DNA from: an uncultured Spirochaetaceae bacterium
GTDB lineage: Bacteria > Spirochaetota > Spirochaetia > DSM-27196 > PWMO01
Length of the DNA stretch: 51,415 bases
Reading direction: 5' to 3'
Assembly: GCA_964631585.1 (NCBI GenBank)
Contig: CAZVXU010000002.1
Location: 1-51,415, forward strand
Under the pieces are notes generated by a model. The model was not told the origin of the DNA. It worked only from the letters and a program-made list of their open reading frames with translations, and made no database searches. Numbering within the stretch: position 1 is the stretch's first letter; each line of letters opens with the position of its first letter. Position numbers and translations under genes: made by a program. Of this stretch, positions 8,758-16,629 are shown one piece after another.

Positions 8758-9348
8758 ATGAGCTACGTCGGCATCATCATAACCTACGTGTTCGTCAGTA
8801 ACTTCATCCTGACGCAGTTCCTCGGCCTCTGCCCCTTCATCGGTGTATCGAAGAAGGTGGAGTCGGCGGTCGGGATGGGAATGGCGGTCACCTTCGTCAT
8901 GTCCCTGGCTTCCATCACCACCTGGGCCATCTACCGCTTGCTCCTCGTGCCCCTGAGCATTCAGTTTCTGCAGACGGTCACCTTCATCCTGGTGATTGCG
9001 ACTCTCGTACAGCTCGTGGAGATGGTCGTGCAGAAGGTCTCCCCGCCGCTCTACAAGGCTCTCGGGATTTACCTGCCGCTGATTACCACGAACTGTGCCA
9101 TTCTTGGAATCGCCCTCATTGCCGTGCGCAACGAGTACGGACCGCTGGAGAGCTTCGTGGCAGGCTTCTCGGCGGGACTCGGCTTCATGCTGGCCCTGCT
9201 TCTGATGTCGACCCTGCGGGAAAAGCTCGAGAGCGAGTGGGTCCCGAAGCATTTCCGCGGCGCGCCCATCGCCTTCGTGACCGGCGGGCTGATGGCGCTT
9301 GCGTTCATGGCGTTCGACAAAGCGCTGTTGAACAACCTGATCGGCTGA
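8758..9348 (+). CDS. rnfA: Rnf complex subunit A
   Basis: 196-aa polytopic protein. RnfA/NqrE-like sequence: FVSNFILTQFLGLCPFIGVS...ITTNCAILG. Confidence 0.92.
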   Translation: MSYVGIIITYVFVSNFILTQFLGLCPFIGVSKKVESAVGMGMAVTFVMSLASITTWAIYRLLLVPLSIQFLQTVTFILVIATLVQLVEMVVQKVSPPLYKALGIYLPLITTNCAILGIALIAVRNEYGPLESFVAGFSAGLGFMLALLLMSTLREKLESEWVPKHFRGAPIAFVTGGLMALAFMAFDKALLNNLIG

Positions 9349-9369
9349 GAGTAAGGAGCTCGAGAGCTT

Positions 9370-10278
9370 ATGGCTATGACGATACTATACGCGCTACTGG
9401 TAGTCGGCTTTCTGGGCGCCCTCTTCGGCATCGGGCTCGCCTTTGCATCGAGCGTGCTCGCGGTAAAAAAGGACGAGCGCGTCGAGGCGGTCGAGGAAGC
9501 TCTGCCGGGCCTCAACTGCGGTGCCTGCGGATACCCGGGGTGCAGTGCCTACGCCGAGGCCATCGTGAATCAGGGCGAGAAGCTCACCCTTTGCGGCCCC
9601 GGTGGAAACGACGCCGCGGCGGCGATTGCGAAGATCATGGGGAAGGAAATCGATCTCTCCGCGGAGAAAATGGTTGCCCAGGTGCACTGTCGCGGCGGGC
9701 GGGATGTGTCGAGCTACGAGTTCAACTATCAGGGGATGGAGGACTGCACCGCACTCTATCTTCTCTACGGCGGCGATAAGGTCTGCAAGGAAAGTTGCCT
9801 CGGACTCGGGTCCTGTATCCGCGTGTGCCCGGTGGACGCGATCGACTATGACGAGGAGGGCAAGGTCTGGGTGGATAAGGACGTGTGCATCTCCTGCGGG
9901 AAGTGCATCGAGATCTGTCCGACCGGCGTGATCAAATGGGTGCCGTACTCGGCCGACTATATCGTCGCGTGCAACAATACGGACACGGGCAAGAACGTGA
10001 GGAAATACTGCTCGGTCGGCTGCATCGCCTGTAAGCTCTGCGAGAAGAAATCGCCCGAGGGCGGATACGTGGTGGAGAACAACCTTTCCAGCATCGACTA
10101 CAGCCGGACGGGAGACCGATCCGCAGGGGCGGAGAAATGTCCGCCAAAGTGCATCATTCAGGTTGGTGAAACTTTACAAAGAACAGCAGCCCACGTAGAA
10201 TCCCAACATGCTTCCGACGGTGACCAGGCTGTAGCCGCCGGTGAGCAGCCCGATCGGGATTCGAATGAAAAAAATTAA
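9370..10278 (+). CDS. rnfB: Rnf complex subunit B (polyferredoxin-type)
   Basis: 302 aa. N-terminal TM segment followed by LNCGACGYPGCSAYA, then several CxxCxxCxxxCP clusters. It ends in an acidic, low-complexity tail. Confidence 0.9.
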   Translation: MAMTILYALLVVGFLGALFGIGLAFASSVLAVKKDERVEAVEEALPGLNCGACGYPGCSAYAEAIVNQGEKLTLCGPGGNDAAAAIAKIMGKEIDLSAEKMVAQVHCRGGRDVSSYEFNYQGMEDCTALYLLYGGDKVCKESCLGLGSCIRVCPVDAIDYDEEGKVWVDKDVCISCGKCIEICPTGVIKWVPYSADYIVACNNTDTGKNVRKYCSVGCIACKLCEKKSPEGGYVVENNLSSIDYSRTGDRSAGAEKCPPKCIIQVGETLQRTAAHVESQHASDGDQAVAAGEQPDRDSNEKN

Positions 10279-12295
10279 GCTGATTTTTGGTACGACGAAC
10301 AGTCAGCCTGTCGGTGCTACCGACGAGGAAGTCGAGGCCGCCTACCAGAAGTCCTACAAGCCATTCATTCGCGCACTCTACAACGCGCCACACGTGCGGG
10401 CCACACTTCACTACTCGGGACGGCTGCTGCAGTGGCTGGAACGACACCATTCGGAGTTCATCGACGTGCTCTCGGAGCTCGTCGGGCGCAAGCAGGTCGA
10501 GCTTCTCGGCGGCGGCTTCTACGAGCCGATCTTTCCGCTCATCCCGCGGGCCGACCGCCTCGGTCAGATCGAGCGGCTGACCACCTACCTGCGGAAACTC
10601 TTCGGCAAGCGGCCCCGCGGCCTGTGGGTCACCGGGCAGGTCTGGGACCCCATGTTGCCGTCACTACTGAAGACGAGCGGAATGGAGTATACGTTCCTCA
10701 GCGACTATCAGTTCGTTGCAGGCGGTATACCCGCGGGCGCCGTCCACAGCCCGTGTATCACCGAGGATGAGGGGAAGATGATCATCGTCTTTCCTATTGC
10801 GAGCGAGCTGCGAAAAGCGTGCAGCGAGGGCCGTGTCGACGGCATACGCGGGTTTCTTACCGAGGTGGCAACCGAGGACGAGGACCGCGTGGTCTCCCTG
10901 CTCTGTCCCGGTGAGTTGCTGCAGCCGGAGACGGACGAGGAGCAGTGCTTCGACGAGACACTGCTCCGCGGCCTTTTTGCCCTGCTCGAGGAGGAATCCT
11001 CCTGGGCCATGACGGTAACCCCCTCCCGCTATCTGAAGAAAGCGTCCCCCCGGGTGCGAGGCTACTTTCCCCAGGCTGCGTTCGATCCGGATTCCTTCGG
11101 GCGGGATCGAGCCGCCGTACACGATACCTCCATGGAGGCCCGCGCCGACGGCTATCTTCCCGGCACGTCGTTTCGCACCCTTCTGACGCGTCATGCCGAG
11201 AGCAATCTGATGTACGCGAAGATGCACTATATCCACATCCTCGTAAATCAGATCCGCGGGGACAAGTACCGAAAGCAGCTCGCCCGCGAAGAACTGTGGA
11301 GGGGGCAGTGCAGTTCCGCGTACTGGGCCGGGGGAATCGGGGGCGGGATCTACTCGAACCGCCTTCGGAAGCATGTCTATTCCTCGTTGATAGAGGCCGA
11401 GAAGGTCACCCGTGAGAAGGGCATCTTCAGCCCCTCCATCATCACCGTCGACTTCGACATGGACGGTCTCTCGGAGTTTCTATACCAGGGCGAGGAGCTC
11501 AATGCCTACGTGCACAAGCAGGGTGGCGTCGTCTTCGAGCTCGACTACCTGCCGGCTCCCTGGAACTACGGTGATTCGCTCTCCGCCGACATCGGAACGT
11601 CGCCGCCCACGGGCCGGAATCGCCTGCCCTATACGCGCAACCTCTTCGTGGATCACTTCTTCGAGCCTGATCGTGCCGTTTCTTTCGGTTCCGGCGACGA
11701 GAATGCGGACGATAATGGGGCAGACGACGGCGAGCTCGGCGACTTCGTCACGCGCCTCTACGCGGTGCGGCAGCTCAGCAAGGACGGCCACCGCATCCAT
11801 TTCGCGGCGCTCGGCCGGGTGCAGTCCGGGGAGGCCGGGGAGGCCGGAGTGCCGGTGGAGGTGTACAAGGAGTACGCGTTCGATGGCGCAACTCTCCACG
11901 TCACCTATCACGTGAGAAATCGTGGCGAGGAGCGGCTGAGGGCCGGATTCGGTTCGGAGATCAACCTCTCGCTCGGCGCCAACGACGGGGAGGCAGCCCG
12001 CATCCTCGCGGGAGCGGGCTCAGGCGCAACCCTTTCGGCTGAGGCCCCCGACACCATCGACGGCGTCGACAGGGTCAGGGTATACGACCTTGCCCGGGAC
12101 GTGATGCTGCAGCTGCAGTACGACGACCCTGCCTTCCTCAGCGTCGCGCCGGTGTGCGTCGGTAACGGCGACGAGGCGACACGCTACCAGGCGACACGCT
12201 ACCAGAGCTCCTGCCTCTTTCCCCAGTGGCAGCTCGATCTTGCAGCCGGCGGGGAGTGGACGCAGAAGTTGAGCCTCTCCCTCGTTGCAGAATAA
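10265..12295 (+). CDS. glycoside hydrolase family 57 protein (alpha-amylase / 4-alpha-glucanotransferase-like)
   Basis: ORF 10241..12295. The ATG at 10265 (MKKIKLIFGTTNSQPVG...) is preferred as the start. GH57-like N-terminal domain: HYSGRLLQWLERHHSEFIDVL...LLGGGFYEPIFPLIP. The start choice is uncertain (GTG 10241 versus ATG 10265), and either overlaps the rnfB 3' end. Confidence 0.8.
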   Translation: MKKIKLIFGTTNSQPVGATDEEVEAAYQKSYKPFIRALYNAPHVRATLHYSGRLLQWLERHHSEFIDVLSELVGRKQVELLGGGFYEPIFPLIPRADRLGQIERLTTYLRKLFGKRPRGLWVTGQVWDPMLPSLLKTSGMEYTFLSDYQFVAGGIPAGAVHSPCITEDEGKMIIVFPIASELRKACSEGRVDGIRGFLTEVATEDEDRVVSLLCPGELLQPETDEEQCFDETLLRGLFALLEEESSWAMTVTPSRYLKKASPRVRGYFPQAAFDPDSFGRDRAAVHDTSMEARADGYLPGTSFRTLLTRHAESNLMYAKMHYIHILVNQIRGDKYRKQLAREELWRGQCSSAYWAGGIGGGIYSNRLRKHVYSSLIEAEKVTREKGIFSPSIITVDFDMDGLSEFLYQGEELNAYVHKQGGVVFELDYLPAPWNYGDSLSADIGTSPPTGRNRLPYTRNLFVDHFFEPDRAVSFGSGDENADDNGADDGELGDFVTRLYAVRQLSKDGHRIHFAALGRVQSGEAGEAGVPVEVYKEYAFDGATLHVTYHVRNRGEERLRAGFGSEINLSLGANDGEAARILAGAGSGATLSAEAPDTIDGVDRVRVYDLARDVMLQLQYDDPAFLSVAPVCVGNGDEATRYQATRYQSSCLFPQWQLDLAAGGEWTQKLSLSLVAE

Positions 12296-12403
12296 TCGCC
12301 GCAGGATGATCGACATTCTCGGGGTCGACTGCGCGACCGATGCACACCGCCGGAGGCGTTCGCTCTACCGCTCGATGAGATCGATCATGAGGGGTGGATC
12401 TGG

Positions 12404-13666
12404 CTACCGCTCGGCGGCTCCGGACGCCAGGTTTGAGAGGATACGGTCGATCCAGGGGCGGGTTTCGAGATAGTAGTCATTCTGCGCGAGGAGAAACTCG
12501 AGAAATGCCGTGCGGGGCCGATCGGTGAAGTAGTAGGCCTGCGCGAGATAGAAGTGCGCCCTCGAGGCCACGCGCGCGGGAAGCGAGGTCGAAAGCAGAT
12601 TTTCGAGAAGCATCTCCGCCTCCTGCCAGTTGCCGGCGTCGACGGCTCCCGTCGCGATCGTTGAGAGAGCGTAGGCGGCTCCCTTGTCCCCGACCCTGCG
12701 GTCCTCGCGCAGGATGACAGGCTCGAGTGGCTCTACCCGAGGCTCCGGGAGGCTCTCGAGAATGCGGTTGACCGCGGCCTCCGTCTCCGCGTTCAGGGGC
12801 AGCCGCGGCTGCAACGCCACCGGGTTCCGCGGCAGTCGCGCATCGCCGTCCTCGAGGGGCCGTGAAATGCGCAGGAAGGGGAGCGGGTTGCGCGAGCGCG
12901 GTCCGCCCTCGAACGGGGGAAGGGTGACCCGGGTCGTCGTCAGCGGGATCTCGACGGGCTCAGCGGTGACGTTGACCCCCGGCTCGAAGCGCGGGTCGCC
13001 CTCTGCGAGGGACTCGGCGGGGAAGGCGCCGTAGTAGTAGCCGATGCCCGGGACGGGGAAGTCGGTGACGGGGGAGTCCTCGGCGGCGAGCTCGGTGACG
13101 CGTGTCGCGCGGGCCAGCGCGTCGGTGGAGTCCAGCGGCTGTGCGCTCCGGAAGATGACCAGACGGCGTTCGGGTGGGCCGGCCTCGATCTCGATCCGCA
13201 CTTCGTCGGCGCTGCGCTCGGCGGCTATCGCGCGCACCTGGGTCTGTATCACTTCAGGCTCGAACGTTTCGGTGATTCGCACCGGCTCGGTTGTGCGATT
13301 ACGGAAGGGGATGAGCACGCGGTAGGGGCTGCCGTCTTCGGTTTCCGCGACGACCGCGTAGTGATAGGTGCCGGGCTCCGGCCGATCGAGATAGGTCTCG
13401 GTTTCCGCCTCAACCGCTTCGAGGAGCGTTGCCTCAGAGAGATTATCCGACGTTATCTCCTCGGTATGGCGATAGACGCGATAGCGGGCAACATCGGCAG
13501 CGGCATCGCGCCACGTCAGTCGCACCTCCGGATCGCGAATGGCTACACGAAGCCTCGAGGGGAACGGTGCGAACACCCCACCGTCCTGGGCCCATGCCGA
13601 CGGCGCGGCGGTAATCGAGGAGAGCGCGAGAAACAGAACTGCGACAGAGAACGCACGACGGCTCAT
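12404..13666 (-). CDS. secreted hypothetical protein with a C-terminal TPR-like region
   Basis: ORF 12404..13675 with the ATG at 13666 preferred (MSRRAFSVAVLFLALSSITAAPSAWAQ, a signal peptide). The C-terminus (AEMLLENLLSTSLPARVASRAHFYLAQAYYFTDRPRTAFLEFL) looks TPR-like. Confidence 0.7.
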   Translation of the reverse strand: MSRRAFSVAVLFLALSSITAAPSAWAQDGGVFAPFPSRLRVAIRDPEVRLTWRDAAADVARYRVYRHTEEITSDNLSEATLLEAVEAETETYLDRPEPGTYHYAVVAETEDGSPYRVLIPFRNRTTEPVRITETFEPEVIQTQVRAIAAERSADEVRIEIEAGPPERRLVIFRSAQPLDSTDALARATRVTELAAEDSPVTDFPVPGIGYYYGAFPAESLAEGDPRFEPGVNVTAEPVEIPLTTTRVTLPPFEGGPRSRNPLPFLRISRPLEDGDARLPRNPVALQPRLPLNAETEAAVNRILESLPEPRVEPLEPVILREDRRVGDKGAAYALSTIATGAVDAGNWQEAEMLLENLLSTSLPARVASRAHFYLAQAYYFTDRPRTAFLEFLLAQNDYYLETRPWIDRILSNLASGAAER

Positions 13667-13725
13667 CACTGTCACTATAATCGGCGGCGATTCAACCTGT
13701 CTATAGAATGGACGGGTAGAACGGG

Positions 13726-13753
13726 CGGGGGCGAAGCCTCGACTCCGCCCCCG
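13726..13753 (-). terminator. GC-rich hairpin downstream of the encapsulin gene
   Basis: CGGGGGCG (13726-13733) pairs with CGCCCCCG (13746-13753) around a 12-nt loop, about 30 nt past the encapsulin stop. There is no clear U-tract, so it is weak as an intrinsic terminator. Confidence 0.3.
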
Positions 13754-13783
13754 GGGTTCCCATGCGGGTTGCTGAGAGCGTCG

Positions 13784-14578
13784 TTACGCGAAAAAGATCA
13801 TCACCTTCGGGTCTATGACCCGGAAGCTGAAGGTCTCGGTAAAAAAGAGCTTCACCGAATCGCTCGAGTGCGAGTCGTAGCCGATGGACAGATCCTGCCC
13901 GAGCACGAGCTCGAGATCGCCGCCGCGAATCGAGACCAGCATCGATTGATCGATGAAGGGGCTGAAGATGACGGGACCGTTGAGGATGTACTCGACGTGG
14001 TGCTTCAGCGGGCGGCCGTTGACGGCGCTGAGCAGATGATTCCACACCGGCTCGGTGACGATCAGGGCGTAGGGGCCCTCGATCATCGACTTGCGCAGCT
14101 GGGTGACCGCGGAAGCCACCCCGGGAATCATGTTGGTCATGTCCTTCCCGAAGTGCACCTCCTCGTGCTTGCTCGCATCCTTCAGTGCAGGAATCCCGGT
14201 GTCGGTGAGGCCCTTGTAGACGGTCTCCTCCTCGAAGCGAGCCGCCTCCCAGGCCGCCGTCTCCAGCGCCTTTAGGTCGATGTCCCGGGCGCCACGCGAG
14301 ATGTTGTCGAGCTCCCACAGGCTGAGCTCGAAGGGTACGCGGACCTCCAGCATGGGAAGCGTACGAGTGACGCCGTAGCGGGCGCCTGTCTTCGGCTGCG
14401 AGCCGGGCATCTCGAGCCGTCCCGTGGGAACGGCGGAGTACTCGATACCCTTGGGGCCAACCACGTCGGCAAACCGGCGCACCGAAAGCGTGGTCTCGAA
14501 GCACTGTCGTGCCGTTGAATCTATCTCATCCCATGCCGCCTCGGAGATCGGCGCCATTGAGCGACGAAGTATACTCAC
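13784..14578 (-). CDS. family 1 encapsulin nanocompartment shell protein (linocin M18-like)
   Basis: In-frame part of ORF 13784..14743. The GTG at 14578 gives MSILRRSMAPISEAAWDEIDSTARQ..., matching the conserved encapsulin N-terminus (LxRxLAPIxxxAWxxI). The product is 264 aa, typical for the family. GGAGG lies 6 nt upstream. The GTG overlaps the TAG of the upstream EncFtn gene (GTAG). Confidence 0.9.
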   Translation of the reverse strand: MSILRRSMAPISEAAWDEIDSTARQCFETTLSVRRFADVVGPKGIEYSAVPTGRLEMPGSQPKTGARYGVTRTLPMLEVRVPFELSLWELDNISRGARDIDLKALETAAWEAARFEEETVYKGLTDTGIPALKDASKHEEVHFGKDMTNMIPGVASAVTQLRKSMIEGPYALIVTEPVWNHLLSAVNGRPLKHHVEYILNGPVIFSPFIDQSMLVSIRGGDLELVLGQDLSIGYDSHSSDSVKLFFTETFSFRVIDPKVMIFFA

Positions 14579-14943
14579 TACTCTCCTCCTTTGGATTTCA
14601 GACTGCCGATGCCGAGGTCGGAGTCTTCGCTGCCGCCACTCTCGCCACCTTCGGCCGCTTCTTCGATCTCGAGCAGATTGCCCTGGGTAAAGAGATAGGT
14701 GCGCAGCGCGTCGTCCCACCCGTCCATATTCCGGCGAAGCCATTCAAGCGTCATAGCCGCGTGCTCCATTTCCTCGTCGCGGTTGTGTTGAAGTATTTCT
14801 CGCACGGTGGGGTCGTTTGATGCGGCCATTCGCTGGTTATACCAGTCGACTGCCTCGACCTCCTCGCGGAGGCTGTGAAGCACCCGAACCTGGTCCCGGT
14901 GCAAGGCCGACAGTTCCGCCGTCGGCTCATGATAATCGCTCAT
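14578..14943 (-). CDS. encapsulated ferritin-like cargo protein (EncFtn) with a C-terminal targeting peptide
   Basis: 121 aa. Ferroxidase-type motifs EEVEAVDWY and NRDEEMEHAAMTLEWLRR. A Gly/Glu/Ser linker is followed by DLGIGSLK, which matches the encapsulin cargo-loading peptide consensus (LxIGSLK). Confidence 0.9.
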   Translation of the reverse strand: MSDYHEPTAELSALHRDQVRVLHSLREEVEAVDWYNQRMAASNDPTVREILQHNRDEEMEHAAMTLEWLRRNMDGWDDALRTYLFTQGNLLEIEEAAEGGESGGSEDSDLGIGSLKSKGGE

Positions 14944-15025
14944 TTTGTTCTCCTTTCGTGCGTTCGTCCTGTTGCTTACCCCCTCAATATAATCCCGGCG
15001 GCGGGTGACGTAAAACGGATCAGGC

Positions 15026-15038
15026 AGGAACGATTCCT
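15026..15038. promoter_or_regulatory. palindrome AGGAA-CGA-TTCCT in the divergent EncFtn/prfB promoter region (candidate operator)
   Basis: Perfect 5+5 inverted repeat with a 3-nt spacer at 15026-15038, nested inside a looser GGCAG...CTGCC pair (15023-15047). It lies about 85 nt upstream of the EncFtn ATG. Confidence 0.25.
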
Positions 15039-15070
15039 AATTCTGCCGTCCCGATGCGGCTCTCCCCCGG

Positions 15071-15099
15071 TGGCAACTCGCCCCGAAATTCGCTATATT
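15071..15099 (+). promoter_or_regulatory. candidate sigma-70 promoter for prfB (TGGCAA-17 nt-TATATT)
   Basis: TGGCAA at 15071-15076 and TATATT at 15094-15099 with a 17-nt spacer, about 35 nt upstream of the prfB ATG. Confidence 0.3.
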
Positions 15100-15134
15100 G
15101 CGGGACGAACCCCATGCACACAGGGAGGCACGCC

Positions 15135-16251
15135 ATGCTGCAAGAACTACAGGCTCCGGTAGAGGAGCTGAAAGAGAATATCCTCGACACCTGGAGGCGT
15201 CTTTGACTCCGACAGAATGAAGGAGGAGATCGAGACGCTGGAACAGAAGACCGCGGCGCCGGAGTTCTGGAATGACCGGGAGAAGGCGGAGCGGACCATG
15301 TCCGAGCTGAAGCGGCTCCGCGACCGCTACGAGCCGTGGCGTGACCTGGTTGCCGAGCTCGAGGACCTGGAGGGGCTCTACAGCCTCGCCGTGGATGAGG
15401 GCGACCCCTCGTTCGAGGCCGACATCCGACGGACACTGACGGATCTTCAGCGTCGCTACGGGAAGCTGCGTATCCTCGAGCTTCTCGGCGATGAGCTCGA
15501 CGGAAATCCGGCCTTCCTTACGATTCACTCGGGAGCCGGCGGCACCGAGGCCTGTGACTGGGTGAGCATGCTCCTGCGGATGTACCAGCGCTGGACCGAG
15601 CGGCGCGAGTTCAAGACGCGCATCCTCGACCTCCAGGAGGCCGAGGGCGGCATAAAGTCGGTGACGCTCCAGGTTGACGGAAGCTATGCCTACGGATATC
15701 TCAAGGCGGAGTCCGGCATTCATCGCCTGGTGCGCATCTCGCCCTTCGACTCAGGGGGGCGTCGCCACACCTCCTTCGCTTCGGTCTACGTCTCGCCCGT
15801 CATCGAGGAAGACATCGAGGTCGAGGTGAAGCCCGACGATCTTCGCGTGGACACCTATCGCGCGAGCGGCGCCGGTGGCCAGCACGTCAACAAGACCGAC
15901 TCGGCGGTTCGCATTACCCATCTGGAGACCGGCATCGTGGTGCAGTGTCAGAACGAGCGCAGCCAGCACAAGAATCGTGCCACCGCAATGAAGGTCCTGA
16001 AGTCCCGGCTCTACGAGCATTATCGTGCCGAGCAGGAGAAGGAGCAGCAGGAGTCGGCCATGGAGAAGAGAGATATCTCCTGGGGCAACCAGATCCGCTC
16101 CTACGTGTTCCATCCCTATAACATGGTTAAGGATCACAGAACCAAGAGGGAGGTCGGCAACGTGCAGGCGGTGATGGACGGCGATATCGACGGCTTCATC
16201 GAAGAGTACCTTCGATACATGTGGTCGCAGCGCACGGCAGACGCCACGTAA
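15135..16251 (+). CDS. prfB: peptide chain release factor 2, expressed through a programmed +1 ribosomal frameshift (join 15135..15203, 15205..16251)
   Basis: The short frame-0 [26 protein letters not shown] ends at the in-frame TGA at 15204-15206. The +1 frame continues as [15 protein letters not shown]... The main body carries the SPF and GGQ motifs ([27 protein letters not shown]). Confidence 0.93.
15193..15207 (+). promoter_or_regulatory. prfB +1 frameshift site (internal SD GGAGG, 3-nt spacer, CTT TGA C)
   Basis: The sequence GGAGGCGTCTTTGAC has the same architecture as the E. coli prfB autoregulatory site (AGGGGGTATCTTTGAC). Confidence 0.88.
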
Positions 16252-16254
16252 CTC

Positions 16255-16629
16255 ATGTCGATCCGCGTCCTGGTCGTCGACGACCTTCCGATGATGCGCG
16301 CCGCCATTCGCAAGGCGCTGTCACATGACGCCTTCCTCATCGTCGGTGAGGCGGAAAACGGCCGCGATGGGGTCCTCACCTATGCCGAGAAGCGCCCCGA
16401 CGTGGTGCTCCTCGATATCGCCATGCCGGTGATGGACGGTATCACCGCCCTGGAGAAACTGCTGGTGGTTGACCCGGGCGCGAAGGTCGTCATGTGCAGC
16501 GCTCTCGGCGAGAAGGAGATGGTAATGCAGGCCCTGCGGCGGGGGGCGCGGGAGTTCGTGGTCAAGCCCTTTACCACCGAGCGCCTGGTATCGGCGGTCT
16601 CGAGAGTCGCGCGTTCACATGCGGTGTAA
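16255..16629 (+). CDS. CheY-like single-domain response regulator
   Basis: 124 aa. Receiver residues: VVDD (acidic pocket), LLDIAMP (phospho-Asp), MCSAL (Thr/Ser position) and VVKPF (Lys). It starts 3 nt after the prfB stop. Confidence 0.88.
   Translation: MSIRVLVVDDLPMMRAAIRKALSHDAFLIVGEAENGRDGVLTYAEKRPDVVLLDIAMPVMDGITALEKLLVVDPGAKVVMCSALGEKEMVMQALRRGAREFVVKPFTTERLVSAVSRVARSHAV

Noticed and set aside
12296-12403. 108-nt gap between the convergent GH57 and TPR-protein genes, checked for a terminator or small RNA
   Set aside because: The only structure is a 5-bp stem (GGTCG/CGACC), with no U-tract and no tRNA-like T-arm. Nothing here can be supported.
13361-14275. 304-aa plus-strand ORF across the TPR-protein / encapsulin junction
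   Set aside because: It spans an intergenic hairpin and lies antisense to two well-supported minus-strand genes. Its product has no features.
14579-14743. 55-codon 5' extension of the encapsulin ORF
   Set aside because: The extension would overlap the EncFtn gene in another frame. The conserved encapsulin N-terminus begins at the GTG at 14578, which has its own Shine-Dalgarno.
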